From: Gemmatimonadota bacterium
Lineage (GTDB): Bacteria; Gemmatimonadota; Gemmatimonadetes; Palauibacterales; Palauibacteraceae
NCBI GenBank assembly: GCA_046758745.1
Contig: JBHIAV010000013.1
Span: forward strand, 1 to 64,000
Reading direction: 5' to 3'
Length of the DNA: 64,000 nt
In this document: one piece after another, positions 9,135 to 17,990 of the stretch
Layout of the letters: each line of letters begins with the position of its first letter
How positions within the stretch are numbered: position 1 is the first letter of the stretch
Made by a program: the position numbers and the translations under genes
Notes under the pieces: model-generated
What the model was told of the DNA's origin: nothing
Databases searched by the model: none
Seen by the model: only the letters and a program-made list of their open reading frames with translations

Positions 9135-9152
9135 GAGGAGACGGTCTTCGAC

Positions 9153-9830
9153 ATGGGACTTTCGCGTCGGGTAGCCGCTGCGGTCGTGGCGGTGCTGGCC
9201 GGTCCTCTCGTCGGGTGCGGGGGAGCCGGCGCGGCGCAGCAGCCCTCGATCGTGCCGGAGGACCAGGCCGTAATCCTGGAGCGGGCCGATCGGGCGCGCG
9301 TGAAGGGAGACAGCTCGGCACCGATCCGCATGCTGGAGGTATCGGACTTCCAGTGTCCCTTCTGCGCCCGCTTCAACGCCGAGACGCTGCCGGCGCTGGA
9401 CAGCCTGTACATCCGGACCGGCCGCGTCCAGTACGTGTGGTTCTCCTTTCCGAACCCCGGCCATCCGCTCGCGTGGCCCGCCATCGAGGCGGCGTTCTGC
9501 GCCGGGGCCGTCGGCAAGTTCTGGCCCATGCACGACCTCATATTCGCCGGCCGGGACGAGTGGGGCGGCTCCACCGATCCCATGTCGCACTTCGTGAGCT
9601 ATGCGCTGTCGCTGGACATCGACGAAGCGTCGTACGCCGCCTGCCTGCGCGAGGACCGGCCGGCCCCACTCCAGGTGAGAGACTACGAGCTCGCGCTGAG
9701 GGCCGGGATCTCGAGCACCCCGTTCTTCGTGCTCGGCGATGAGGTGGCGCTGCGGGGCGCGCTTCCCCTGGAGAACTTCCGCCGCACGATCGACAGCCTG
9801 CTGGTGGCCCGCGGAGGCGCGGACCCCTAG
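9153..9830 (+). CDS. DsbA-family thioredoxin-fold lipoprotein
   Basis: Lipobox-like LVGC, SDFQCPFC, STPFF cis-Pro loop. Confidence 0.9.
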   Translation: MGLSRRVAAAVVAVLAGPLVGCGGAGAAQQPSIVPEDQAVILERADRARVKGDSSAPIRMLEVSDFQCPFCARFNAETLPALDSLYIRTGRVQYVWFSFPNPGHPLAWPAIEAAFCAGAVGKFWPMHDLIFAGRDEWGGSTDPMSHFVSYALSLDIDEASYAACLREDRPAPLQVRDYELALRAGISSTPFFVLGDEVALRGALPLENFRRTIDSLLVARGGADP

Positions 9831-9831
9831 A

Positions 9832-9920
9832 AAGCTGTCGGGCCTCCGACGCTGCCGGGCCCCGTGGAGCTTTCGCTCCCCTTCGAGCTATCGGGGGCTC
9901 CAGAGCTGTCGGGCGGCCGC
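9832..9920. repeat. degenerate ~18-bp intergenic tandem repeat x5
   Basis: gagct(g/a/t)tcg core recurring at about 9832, 9849, 9867, 9885 and 9903. Confidence 0.55.
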
Positions 9921-9929
9921 CACCGCCTG

Positions 9930-10625
9930 TCACGCCTCGCGGAAGACCTCGCGCATGCGCTCCAGGGCGATCGATGCCGTCCGGGCCCCGGCCGCGAAGA
10001 CGCGCGCGAGCTCCGGCTCGCCGGTGCCGGCGAGAGGAATGTCGAAGGTGAAGTGGATCGACACCCCGGCCGGGCGCACATGGGCGGAGGGATCGGCCCA
10101 CCCTCCGGTGGCATCGAGGGAGCCTTCGATGTGGACCTCGACCGAGTCCGATTCGTGGCCGATCTCCTGTGCCATCTCGGATAGACGGCCCGCCAGCCTC
10201 TCGTTCGCCGCCGGCTCGGACTCCCGCTCATCCAGCCAGAGCCCGGGGGGCGCCACGTCCAGGTTCAGGAAGCCGAGCATCACGCCGGGGTCGAAGTCCA
10301 TCTCCTCGGGTGAGACAGGTTCCCCCTCCTCCTCTCCGGGCGCCGGGGAGACCGTGAGGTAAGAGGCAAGGCCGTCGATCCCGATGGCGGCGCAGGCCAG
10401 GGCCACCTCGTCGAGGGTGAGCTCAACGAGCGCCGAGGGCGCATGCAGCGTCTCCACCGCCCCGGACTCCATGATGTCGAGCTCGGACTGGTCGTACGCG
10501 AGGCACCGGAAGAACCAGGTGGCCGGTTCCTGACGTCCCTCGAAGAGGTCGCGGATCCCGAAGCCCTCCTGGCGAAGGGCGCTCAGCAGCGTCGTGCCGA
10601 TCTGGTGACGGGTAAGCTGCGGCAC
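9930..10625 (-). CDS. hypothetical acidic protein
   Basis: Protein-like composition; GTG start 2 nt after the upstream stop; no recognised family. Confidence 0.7.
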   Translation of the reverse strand: MPQLTRHQIGTTLLSALRQEGFGIRDLFEGRQEPATWFFRCLAYDQSELDIMESGAVETLHAPSALVELTLDEVALACAAIGIDGLASYLTVSPAPGEEEGEPVSPEEMDFDPGVMLGFLNLDVAPPGLWLDERESEPAANERLAGRLSEMAQEIGHESDSVEVHIEGSLDATGGWADPSAHVRPAGVSIHFTFDIPLAGTGEPELARVFAAGARTASIALERMREVFREA

Positions 10626-10627
10626 GG

Positions 10628-11209
10628 TTACGGGCGGCTCACCATGATGTGGGCCCAGGGAGTTCCGGGAAGCATCAGCCACGGCTCGCCGGCGGCGGGT
10701 CGGGCGGGGACGCCGAGCTGCTCCGGCGTCACGTAGGGCGTATAGACCACGAAGAGGGCGTGCGCGCCGGTGACGCTTCCTGTCTCGGGGTCGAAGCTGT
10801 CCTCCGGTCCTGTCAGCGTGTACAGGGCGGCCGGGTGGTCCGGCATGCGGAGATCACCCGACTCGAGGGCGGCAAGCCGGGCGCTCTGCACCTCCGCCCT
10901 GTTCTTCCCCTCCGCTCGCAGCCGTCGCCCGATGGCCATGAAGGGCTCGAGGGATCTGTGGTAGCAGGCGACGTGGAAATCTTCTCGATCCGGGTCGTCG
11001 GCCAGGCAGACCAGCTGGCCCGTGCCTTCCCGCAGGGTGACGAGCTCCCCGCCCCGGTAGCCGAGCACCGCGGCGTCCTCGCGCAGCGCCTGGGGAGCCG
11101 CGCTCACGGCCTCCGCGATCTGGCGATCCGCCGGCTTCTCCTGAGCCGACACCGCGCCCCGGCACGAGATGAGCCCGACACAGGCCGCCACCGCTGCGGC
11201 TGCACGCAT
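10628..11209 (-). CDS. hypothetical exported protein
   Basis: Signal peptide, GGAGG RBS, LVCLADDP..VACYH..LEPFMA motif. Confidence 0.8.
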   Translation of the reverse strand: MRAAAAVAACVGLISCRGAVSAQEKPADRQIAEAVSAAPQALREDAAVLGYRGGELVTLREGTGQLVCLADDPDREDFHVACYHRSLEPFMAIGRRLRAEGKNRAEVQSARLAALESGDLRMPDHPAALYTLTGPEDSFDPETGSVTGAHALFVVYTPYVTPEQLGVPARPAAGEPWLMLPGTPWAHIMVSRP

Positions 11210-11393
11210 AGACGCCTCCAAAGAGAGAGCGGACCGAGGCGACCAGGAGGCCTCGCGCCGGCCCGGACGCCGGAGGAAGTCCCACGTAGGATAACCGTCG
11301 GGGGCTCCGAGGCGCAGCCCTGGGCCCGGGAGACCTCCGAAGGGGAGGACGGTCCGAGACGGGGCCCGAGAAAGAGGGGCCCTGCGGCTCTCA

Positions 11394-11435
11394 GAAAAGA
11401 ACGTGGGCGCCCGCGCCGTCGGGCGGGCGCCCCGT
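11394..11435 (-). terminator. intrinsic terminator after csp
   Basis: GGGCGCCCGC..GCGGGCGCCC stem followed by TTCTTTTCT on the minus strand. Confidence 0.75.
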
Positions 11436-11466
11436 GGTCCGGCCTCGAAGCGCGGCCGCTCGCGTG

Positions 11467-11676
11467 CTAGCTTAGCTTCACCACGTTTCGGGCCTTCGGG
11501 CCCCGGCCTTCCTCGACGAGTTCGAACTCGACCAGATCTCCCTCATCGAGTGAGCGAAAGCCATCCCCGGTGATCTCCGTGTAGTGCACGAAGGCATCCT
11601 TGCCGCCATCGTGCGTGATGAAGCCGAAACCCTTCCCGTTGTCGAACCACTTCACGGTGCCCTGCAGTCGCGACAT
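11467..11676 (-). CDS. cold-shock domain protein
   Basis: [15 protein letters not shown] (RNP1), FVHY (RNP2), GPKARNV; 69 aa. Confidence 0.96.
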   Translation of the reverse strand: MSRLQGTVKWFDNGKGFGFITHDGGKDAFVHYTEITGDGFRSLDEGDLVEFELVEEGRGPKARNVVKLS

Positions 11677-11719
11677 TTGAACCATCTCCAGCTCTTGCCG
11701 ATGAATCGCGCGCGTGTGC

Positions 11720-11752
11720 AAAAAAAAGCCTCCCACACGCAGCCGGGAGGTC
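11720..11752 (-). terminator. terminator hairpin inside the csp 5' leader (attenuator candidate)
   Basis: CCTCCC-GGCTGCGTGT-GGGAGG-CTTTTTTT lies between the promoter and the ATG. Confidence 0.6.
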
Positions 11753-11784
11753 TCGCGTACCGCGTACGCCAGATCACGGCAACC

Positions 11785-11812
11785 AGTTTACTCGATAACT
11801 CCCGGCCGTCAA
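11785..11812 (-). promoter_or_regulatory. sigma70-like promoter of csp
   Basis: TTGACG-N16-TAAACT. Confidence 0.65.
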
Positions 11813-11935
11813 GGGGAAGGCGCTCCCGGCCGTCCAGGGGCGGGCCTCTCCCGGCCATCCGCGGGGAAGGCGCTCCGGCCGTCCACGGGGCGGGCGCTCC
11901 GGGCCCTCAGGGGGCGGGCCTCCCGGCCCTTCCAG
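11813..11935. repeat. ~24-bp tandem repeat x5
   Basis: gggg(aa/cg)ggc(g/c)ctcc(c)ggcc.tcca units between the csp promoter and pntA. Confidence 0.75.
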
Positions 11936-12077
11936 ACGCCACGGTCCTCCCGGCGCGACACCCCGCTGAGCCCCTTCCCGACCGCCGCCGGCCCTGTTAC
12001 TCTCAGGCCCGACCGGCACCTGGAAAGCGCGGCCGCAGGCGTCGGGCCGGCCCCCCTCCCCTCCCGAAAGGAGGCCG

Positions 12078-13211
12078 ATGCGCATCGCCGTTCCGAGAGA
12101 GCGAGCTCCCGGAGAGACGCGGGTGGCCATGACGCCGGAGGCCATCCGGCGCCTCGCTTCCGATACTTACCGCTTCGCTGTCGAGGCGGGAGCCGGAGAG
12201 GCCGCGTTCTGGTCGGATGAGGATTACCGGGAGGCCGGCGCGGAGGTGGCGGCCGATCGGTCGGCGCTTCTCGCCGGCGGCGACATCGTTCTCAAGGTCG
12301 TCGCTCCCGCGAGGCTGGACGACGGGAGCCATGAGGCCGACCTCCTGCCCCCGGGCTGCGTGCTCATCGCTCTCCTCCGTCCCCATTTCAACGCCGACCT
12401 GCTCGAGCGGCTCGCCGCGCGGGGTGTCACCGCGCTGGCCCTCGAGCTGATGCCGCGCATCACGAGGGCGCAGCGGATGGACGCGCTGTCCGCGATGAGC
12501 ACGATAGCCGGCTACAGCGCCGCCCTCCTCGGGGCTACGTCGGTGGGAGTCTTCTTCCCGATGTTGATGACGGCGGCCGGCACGATCGCTCCGGCCCGTG
12601 TGCTGGTGCTCGGCGCCGGGGTGGCGGGGCTGCAGGCGATCGCCACCGCGCGGCGGCTCGGGGCCGTGGTCGAGGCGTTCGACATCCGGCCGGCGGTGAA
12701 GGAGCAGGTCCAGAGCCTCGGAGCGACGTTCGTGGAGTGGGAGACGGAAGAGCCCACCGCGCAGCTCGAGACGGCGGGCGGGTACGCGGCGGAGCTGTCG
12801 GAGGAGCACCAGGCCCGTGAGCGCGAGCTGATCGGGCGGCATGTCGCCAGGGCGGACGTGGTGATCAGCACCGCCCTCGTACCGGGAAAGCCCGCGCCGA
12901 GGCTGATCACCGCGGAGATGGTCGAGCGGATGCGGCCCGGCTCGGCGATCGTCGATCTCGCCGCGGAGACGGGCGGGAACTGCGAGCTCACCGTGCCCGG
13001 GAAGACGGTGCGCGAGCACGGCGTCACCATCCACGGACCGCTCGAGCTCGCCGCATCGCTGCCGGTTCATGCCAGCCAGATGTACGCGCGTGTGGTATCG
13101 GCTCTCCTCGGGCATCTGATCGCCGACGGCCGGCTCGAGATCGACCTGGAGGACGAGATCACCGGCGCGATCTGCGTCACGCACGGGGGCGAGGTCCGGT
13201 TCCGGCCGTGA
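12078..13211 (+). CDS. pntA: NAD(P) transhydrogenase alpha subunit part 1 (dI)
   Basis: ETRVAMTP, PRITRAQRMDALSAM, GAGVAGLQAIATARRLGA, GGYA, AETGGNCE. Confidence 0.96.
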   Translation: MRIAVPRERAPGETRVAMTPEAIRRLASDTYRFAVEAGAGEAAFWSDEDYREAGAEVAADRSALLAGGDIVLKVVAPARLDDGSHEADLLPPGCVLIALLRPHFNADLLERLAARGVTALALELMPRITRAQRMDALSAMSTIAGYSAALLGATSVGVFFPMLMTAAGTIAPARVLVLGAGVAGLQAIATARRLGAVVEAFDIRPAVKEQVQSLGATFVEWETEEPTAQLETAGGYAAELSEEHQARERELIGRHVARADVVISTALVPGKPAPRLITAEMVERMRPGSAIVDLAAETGGNCELTVPGKTVREHGVTIHGPLELAASLPVHASQMYARVVSALLGHLIADGRLEIDLEDEITGAICVTHGGEVRFRP

Positions 13212-13251
13212 GAGCCGCAGGCTCGAGTCTCACAGACAGGAAGGAGCGAGG

Positions 13252-13548
13252 ATGAGCGGAACGCTGCTCGTAGGAATCTATGTCTTCGTGCTCGCGATGT
13301 TCGTCGGCTTCGAGGTGATCACCAAGGTCCCGCCGACCCTCCATACGCCACTCATGTCCGGCTCCAACGCGATCTCGGGGATCTCGATCGTCGGCGCGCT
13401 GGTGATCGCCGGGGCCGGCAACTCCCCCGTCCTGATCGGGATCGGGCTCGTCGCGGTGATCCTCGCGACGATCAACGCGGTGGGCGGCTTCCTGGTCACC
13501 GACCGCATGCTGCAGATGTTCAAGCGCAAGCCGGACGCGGGGCGGTAG
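13252..13548 (+). CDS. NAD(P) transhydrogenase alpha subunit part 2 (membrane)
   Basis: KVPPTLHTPLMSGSNAISG, GGFLVTDRMLQMF. Confidence 0.96.
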   Translation: MSGTLLVGIYVFVLAMFVGFEVITKVPPTLHTPLMSGSNAISGISIVGALVIAGAGNSPVLIGIGLVAVILATINAVGGFLVTDRMLQMFKRKPDAGR

Positions 13549-13555
13549 GCGCGGA

Positions 13556-14947
13556 ATGGACGCGCCCCTCGCCATCCAGCTCACCTACCTCGTCTCGGCC
13601 GCTCTCTTCATCCTCGGCCTCAAGCGGCTGAGCTCCCCCGTGACGGCCCGCCGGGGGAACATGCTGGCGGCGATCGGCATGCTGCTGGCCGTGGTCGCCA
13701 CACTGCTCGACCGTGCGATCCTGGACTACACGTGGATCATCGTTGGCCTGGTGGCGGGAGCGGCGGTCGGCGCCGTGATGGCGCAGACGGTCAGGATGAC
13801 CGCCATGCCTCAGATGGTCGGGGTCTTCAACGGGTTCGGGGGCGCCGCCTCGGGGCTCGTCGCGGCGGCCGAATATCTGCAGCGCGCCCCGGGAAGTCCG
13901 AGCCCGATCGACGCCGACGTATCCATTCTGGCCGGCACGCTGATCGGCGCGGTCACCTTCTCCGGAAGCATGATCGCCTTCGGGAAGCTCCAGGGGCTGG
14001 TCAGCGAACGAGCGGTCACGTATCCGCTCCAGAAGACCTTCAACTTCCTGCTGCTCGCGGGGATCGTGGCGGTCTGCACACTCCTGGCGGTCGGAGACGT
14101 CGATGCCGCGGTGTATCTGGGGATGGTCGGGGGATCGCTCCTCCTCGGCGTGCTTCTCGTCATCCCCATCGGCGGCGCCGACATGCCTGTCGTGATCGCC
14201 CTCCTCAACTCGTACTCGGGGCTCGCGGCCTCGGCCGCCGGCTTCGTGCTGAGCAACAACGCGCTCATCATCAGCGGGGCCCTGGTCGGCGCTTCGGGGC
14301 TCATCCTCACCGGGATCATGTGCCGCGCCATGAATCGCTCTCTGGCCAACGTCCTGTTCGGCGCGTTCGGCGCCGGCGCCGTGAGCGGCGGCGCGAAGGC
14401 GGCGATCGGCGAGCGGCCGGTGAACGCGGCCGAGGCGGCGGACGTGGCCATGATGCTGGCGTACGCCCGCTCCGTGGTGATCGTGCCCGGGTACGGGCTC
14501 GCCGTCGCCCAGGCGCAGCACAAGCTCCGCGAGCTGGCCGACCTGCTCGGGAAGCGCGGCGTGCAGGTGAAGTACGCCATCCACCCGGTGGCCGGTCGCA
14601 TGCCGGGCCACATGAACGTCCTCCTCGCCGAGGCCAACGTCCCGTATACGCAGCTGTACGAGCCCGAGGACGTCAACCCGGAGATCCCGAACACGGACGT
14701 GGCGCTCGTGGTGGGGGCGAACGACGTGGTGAACCCGGCCGCGCGGGATGAGCCCGGGAGCCCGATCTACGGGATGCCGATCATCGAGGTGGACCGGGCC
14801 TCGCACTCCGTCGTCCTCAAGCGGAGCCTGAGCCCCGGCTTCGCGGGGATCGACAACGAGCTCTTCTACCGCCCCACCAACATGATGCTGTTCGGGGACG
14901 CGGCCGACTCCATCGCCCGCCTCATCGAGGAGGTGAAGGAGCTGTAG
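13556..14947 (+). CDS. pntB: NAD(P) transhydrogenase beta subunit
   Basis: MPQMVG, IGGADMPVVIALLNSYSG, VPGYGLAVAQAQH, HPVAGRMPGHMNVLLAEA. Confidence 0.97.
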   Translation: MDAPLAIQLTYLVSAALFILGLKRLSSPVTARRGNMLAAIGMLLAVVATLLDRAILDYTWIIVGLVAGAAVGAVMAQTVRMTAMPQMVGVFNGFGGAASGLVAAAEYLQRAPGSPSPIDADVSILAGTLIGAVTFSGSMIAFGKLQGLVSERAVTYPLQKTFNFLLLAGIVAVCTLLAVGDVDAAVYLGMVGGSLLLGVLLVIPIGGADMPVVIALLNSYSGLAASAAGFVLSNNALIISGALVGASGLILTGIMCRAMNRSLANVLFGAFGAGAVSGGAKAAIGERPVNAAEAADVAMMLAYARSVVIVPGYGLAVAQAQHKLRELADLLGKRGVQVKYAIHPVAGRMPGHMNVLLAEANVPYTQLYEPEDVNPEIPNTDVALVVGANDVVNPAARDEPGSPIYGMPIIEVDRASHSVVLKRSLSPGFAGIDNELFYRPTNMMLFGDAADSIARLIEEVKEL

Positions 14948-15009
14948 GGCGGTGCGGCCCGGAGCCTCCGTCGCGGGGCTTCATCCGATCCGCGCCTCCG
15001 CCAGAGGGC

Positions 15010-16368
15010 TCATCCGATCTTTGCCTCCGCTCCCTCGAACGACCACCGAAGCCGGGACGCGCGTGCCTCCTCGATATCGACGAGAGCGAGGAGCGTCCCC
15101 CCGATGATGAAGAAGGCGATCAGCGACAGGATCGCGTTCCGGCCGGAGCCCGTGCGATCCGCGACGGTGGCGAAGATGAGCGGTCCCCAGATCGCCGCGA
15201 ACTTGGAGAGCACGGAGTAGAAGCCGTAGAACTCGGCCGACGCCTCCGCCGGGATCATCGAGCCGTACAGGCTGCGGCTCAGAGACTGAGCCCCACCCTG
15301 CACGAATCCGATCACCGCACCGAGCGCCAGGTAGGGTAGCAGGCGACCGGCCGGAAGGAAGAACGCCGAGATCGCGACCAGCGCGTAGACGACGAGGCAG
15401 ATCAGGATGGCGGGTCTCGTCGCCAGCCTGCCCGCCACCCAGCCGAAGAAGAAGGCGCCCCCGAAGGCGACGAACTGCACGACGAGGAAGGTGATCATGA
15501 TCTGCACCTCGCCCAGTCCGAGCGTGCCGGTGGCGTAGACGGAAGCCATGTTGATGATCGTCTGGATCCCATCGATGTAGATCATGTACGCCACCAGGAA
15601 GAGGAGCAGCTGCTTGAAGCCGACCAGCTTCCGGATCGTGGCGAGGATCCTCCCGAAGCCGATGCGCGCGTAGGCGACCGGCGTGGCGAGCCGCTCCAGC
15701 TCGGCCGGGAGCAGCTGAGCCGTACCGGTCTCCCCCAGCCGGTTCAGGGCGAACACCGTGAATCCGAACCACCACACGCCGGCCATGGCGAGAGCGAGGC
15801 GTACGGCCAGCGCCCGATCCAGGCCGAGCGCTTCGTGGAAGGAGACGAGGAGAAGCGCCAGCGTGAACTGCAGGCCGCCGCCGATGTACCCGAAGGCGTA
15901 CCCCTTGGCGGAGACCCGGTCGATCGTGTCGGGCGTCGTGAGGTCGGGAAGGAATCCGTCGTAGAAGACGTTGGCGCTCACGAAACCGACCTGGGTGAGG
16001 AAGAAGAGCCCCATGGTGAGCAGGACGTCGCCGGTTCCCATGAAGAAGAAGGAGACGGCGAAGAGGGCTCCTCCGTACGCGAAGGCTCGCAGGAAGCGCT
16101 TCTTGGCGGCAGAGAAGTCCGCCACGGCGCCCAGCACCGGGGTAAGGAGGAAGATGACGAAGGTCCCGAAGCTCACCAGATAGCCCCACAGACTCTGGCC
16201 ATCCAGGGTCCGGCCGAAGATCTCGTAGCCCCCCTCCGGCACGATGCTGCGCGCGAAGTAGGCCGGCAGCAGGGCCGCGGCGATGGTGGTGAAGTAGGCG
16301 GAATTCGCCCAGTCGTACATCGCCCAGCCGAAGATGACTCGGGGATCGTTCTTTTTCGGTTCACTCAT
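15010..16368 (-). CDS. MFS transporter, UMF1/Atg22-like family
   Basis: WAMYDWANSAY, GYAFGYIGGG, QSLSRSLY, EFYGFY; many hydrophobic helices. Confidence 0.9.
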   Translation of the reverse strand: MSEPKKNDPRVIFGWAMYDWANSAYFTTIAAALLPAYFARSIVPEGGYEIFGRTLDGQSLWGYLVSFGTFVIFLLTPVLGAVADFSAAKKRFLRAFAYGGALFAVSFFFMGTGDVLLTMGLFFLTQVGFVSANVFYDGFLPDLTTPDTIDRVSAKGYAFGYIGGGLQFTLALLLVSFHEALGLDRALAVRLALAMAGVWWFGFTVFALNRLGETGTAQLLPAELERLATPVAYARIGFGRILATIRKLVGFKQLLLFLVAYMIYIDGIQTIINMASVYATGTLGLGEVQIMITFLVVQFVAFGGAFFFGWVAGRLATRPAILICLVVYALVAISAFFLPAGRLLPYLALGAVIGFVQGGAQSLSRSLYGSMIPAEASAEFYGFYSVLSKFAAIWGPLIFATVADRTGSGRNAILSLIAFFIIGGTLLALVDIEEARASRLRWSFEGAEAKIG

Positions 16369-16434
16369 GCCTGTCGCTCCGGCGGCGGCGAGGGATGGGT
16401 GGGGCGCGTGCGATCGCTCTTGTGGGAGGAGTCG

Positions 16435-17772
16435 CTATTCGTAAGACCCGTCACCGCCGATGACAAGGCGCTCCCGTAGCTCGTCCAGCTCGGCCGCCAG
16501 CTCGGCGCGGCGCCGGAGGAGTCGCGCCCGGAGGGCGGCCCGCCGCCGGAGGAGGAGCCACCGTCGCGCATCCGCTCTTGCCCTTCCCCAGCGGTCGCGG
16601 ACTCCCTGTGTGAGGAAGCCGAGGGCCGGGAGGGCCGCCAGCGCGGCCAGTCCCCACGGACGGCCGGCGGCGAGCCCGAGAGCCCCCGCGAGAAGGGCGA
16701 TCCACCCGGCGTAGATGGCGATCCCGCCGAGGAGCTTGTGGGTGGCGCGCACGTCCGGCTCGAGGTCGACGACGCTCTCGATCCGCCCGGTAAGCCAGTA
16801 CGGCACGGCGAACAGAACGTGCCCGACCAGCGCGAGGGGCGCCAGGATTCCGAAGTAGACGAGCCGCCGGACGACCCACCCGGCCGCGGCGCGCGGCCGG
16901 ACCAGGCGGTCGAGAGCCGCGGGCGTGGTGCCGAGCATCTCCATGACGGCGGCGAATCGGCTCACCGAGGCGTACAGCCCCCTGAGCCTCTCCGGGTCCT
17001 GTCGCCTCAGCACGCCGAGCCCCTCGGTGACCTGGCGGAGGCGCTTCACGCGCGCCGCCACGTCCCGCTCCAGGCCGAACTCGGCCGCGTAGATCGCCTC
17101 CGCGCACTCCACCGCCGGCGCGTCCTCCCACCGCTCGAGGTTCACCGTCACCTCGCGGAGCGCGGTCTCGATGCGCGCCGTGAGCTCGCGCACGGCCTCC
17201 ACGTCCTCCTCGGCCCGACCGGCCAGGTCGTCCCACCGGATCGCCGCCCCCACCACGGCGAGAGCCCTGGAGCGGAAGCGCTCCTTCCTGCGCAGGACGA
17301 TGCCGACCGGAACGATCGGGAAGGCGGCTCCCAGCCCCCCCGCCGCCGCTCCGAGCGCGATGCGGGCCGCCCCTGTGCGCAGGGTGGCCAGGGAAGGATC
17401 GCTGTGGCTCAGCCCCTCCGGGAAGATCCCGACCGCGGCCCCGGCGGCCAGCGCCTCGTGTGCCGCCTCGAAGGTCGAGACGTTTCGGTCCATCAGCGAC
17501 GGGTCGTCCTGCCGGCGGTACACGGGAATCGCGCCGGCAGCGCGAATCAGCCACCCGACCACCGGGTCCGTGAAGAGCGGGGACTTGGCCAGGAAGCGCA
17601 CCGGGCGTCCGGCGGCCGCCGCCACGAACGCCGGATCTACGAGTGAGTTCGGGTGGTTGGCCACGTAGAGCACCGGCCCTTCGACGGGCGTTGGGGGACC
17701 GGCCACGGCGAAGCGATAGTAGCCGTGCGCCGCCCACCGGGAGAGGCGCGATACGAAGGGAAGGAGCCACAT
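16435..17772 (-). CDS. PlsC-family (lysophospholipid) acyltransferase with C-terminal membrane helices
   Basis: NHPNSLVD (HX4D), FLAK, FPEG. Confidence 0.9.
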   Translation of the reverse strand: MWLLPFVSRLSRWAAHGYYRFAVAGPPTPVEGPVLYVANHPNSLVDPAFVAAAAGRPVRFLAKSPLFTDPVVGWLIRAAGAIPVYRRQDDPSLMDRNVSTFEAAHEALAAGAAVGIFPEGLSHSDPSLATLRTGAARIALGAAAGGLGAAFPIVPVGIVLRRKERFRSRALAVVGAAIRWDDLAGRAEEDVEAVRELTARIETALREVTVNLERWEDAPAVECAEAIYAAEFGLERDVAARVKRLRQVTEGLGVLRRQDPERLRGLYASVSRFAAVMEMLGTTPAALDRLVRPRAAAGWVVRRLVYFGILAPLALVGHVLFAVPYWLTGRIESVVDLEPDVRATHKLLGGIAIYAGWIALLAGALGLAAGRPWGLAALAALPALGFLTQGVRDRWGRARADARRWLLLRRRAALRARLLRRRAELAAELDELRERLVIGGDGSYE

Positions 17773-17816
17773 GGCGCTCAGGTTGTATCTCGACGGCGGG
17801 TGACGATCGGCGGACC

Positions 17817-17990
17817 GGCGCGGGCCGGTGCCGCCTCCTCATCGGTTGTGGTCCAGCTCGGGCCGCCTCGTCACCGGTGCGGTCCAGCCGGGCCGCCTCG
17901 TCAAGGGGCGCGGGCCGGCGCGGCCTCGTCACGCCGTGTGGTCCAGCCGGGCCGCCTCGTCAAGGGGCGCGGGCCGGCGCGGCCTCGTCG
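17817..17990. repeat. 25-32-bp alternating tandem units x6 overlapping the egtA 3' end
   Basis: Units ggcgcgggccggcgcggcctcgtca and ggtccagccgggccgcctcgtca, forming a ~59-bp higher-order repeat. Confidence 0.85.
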
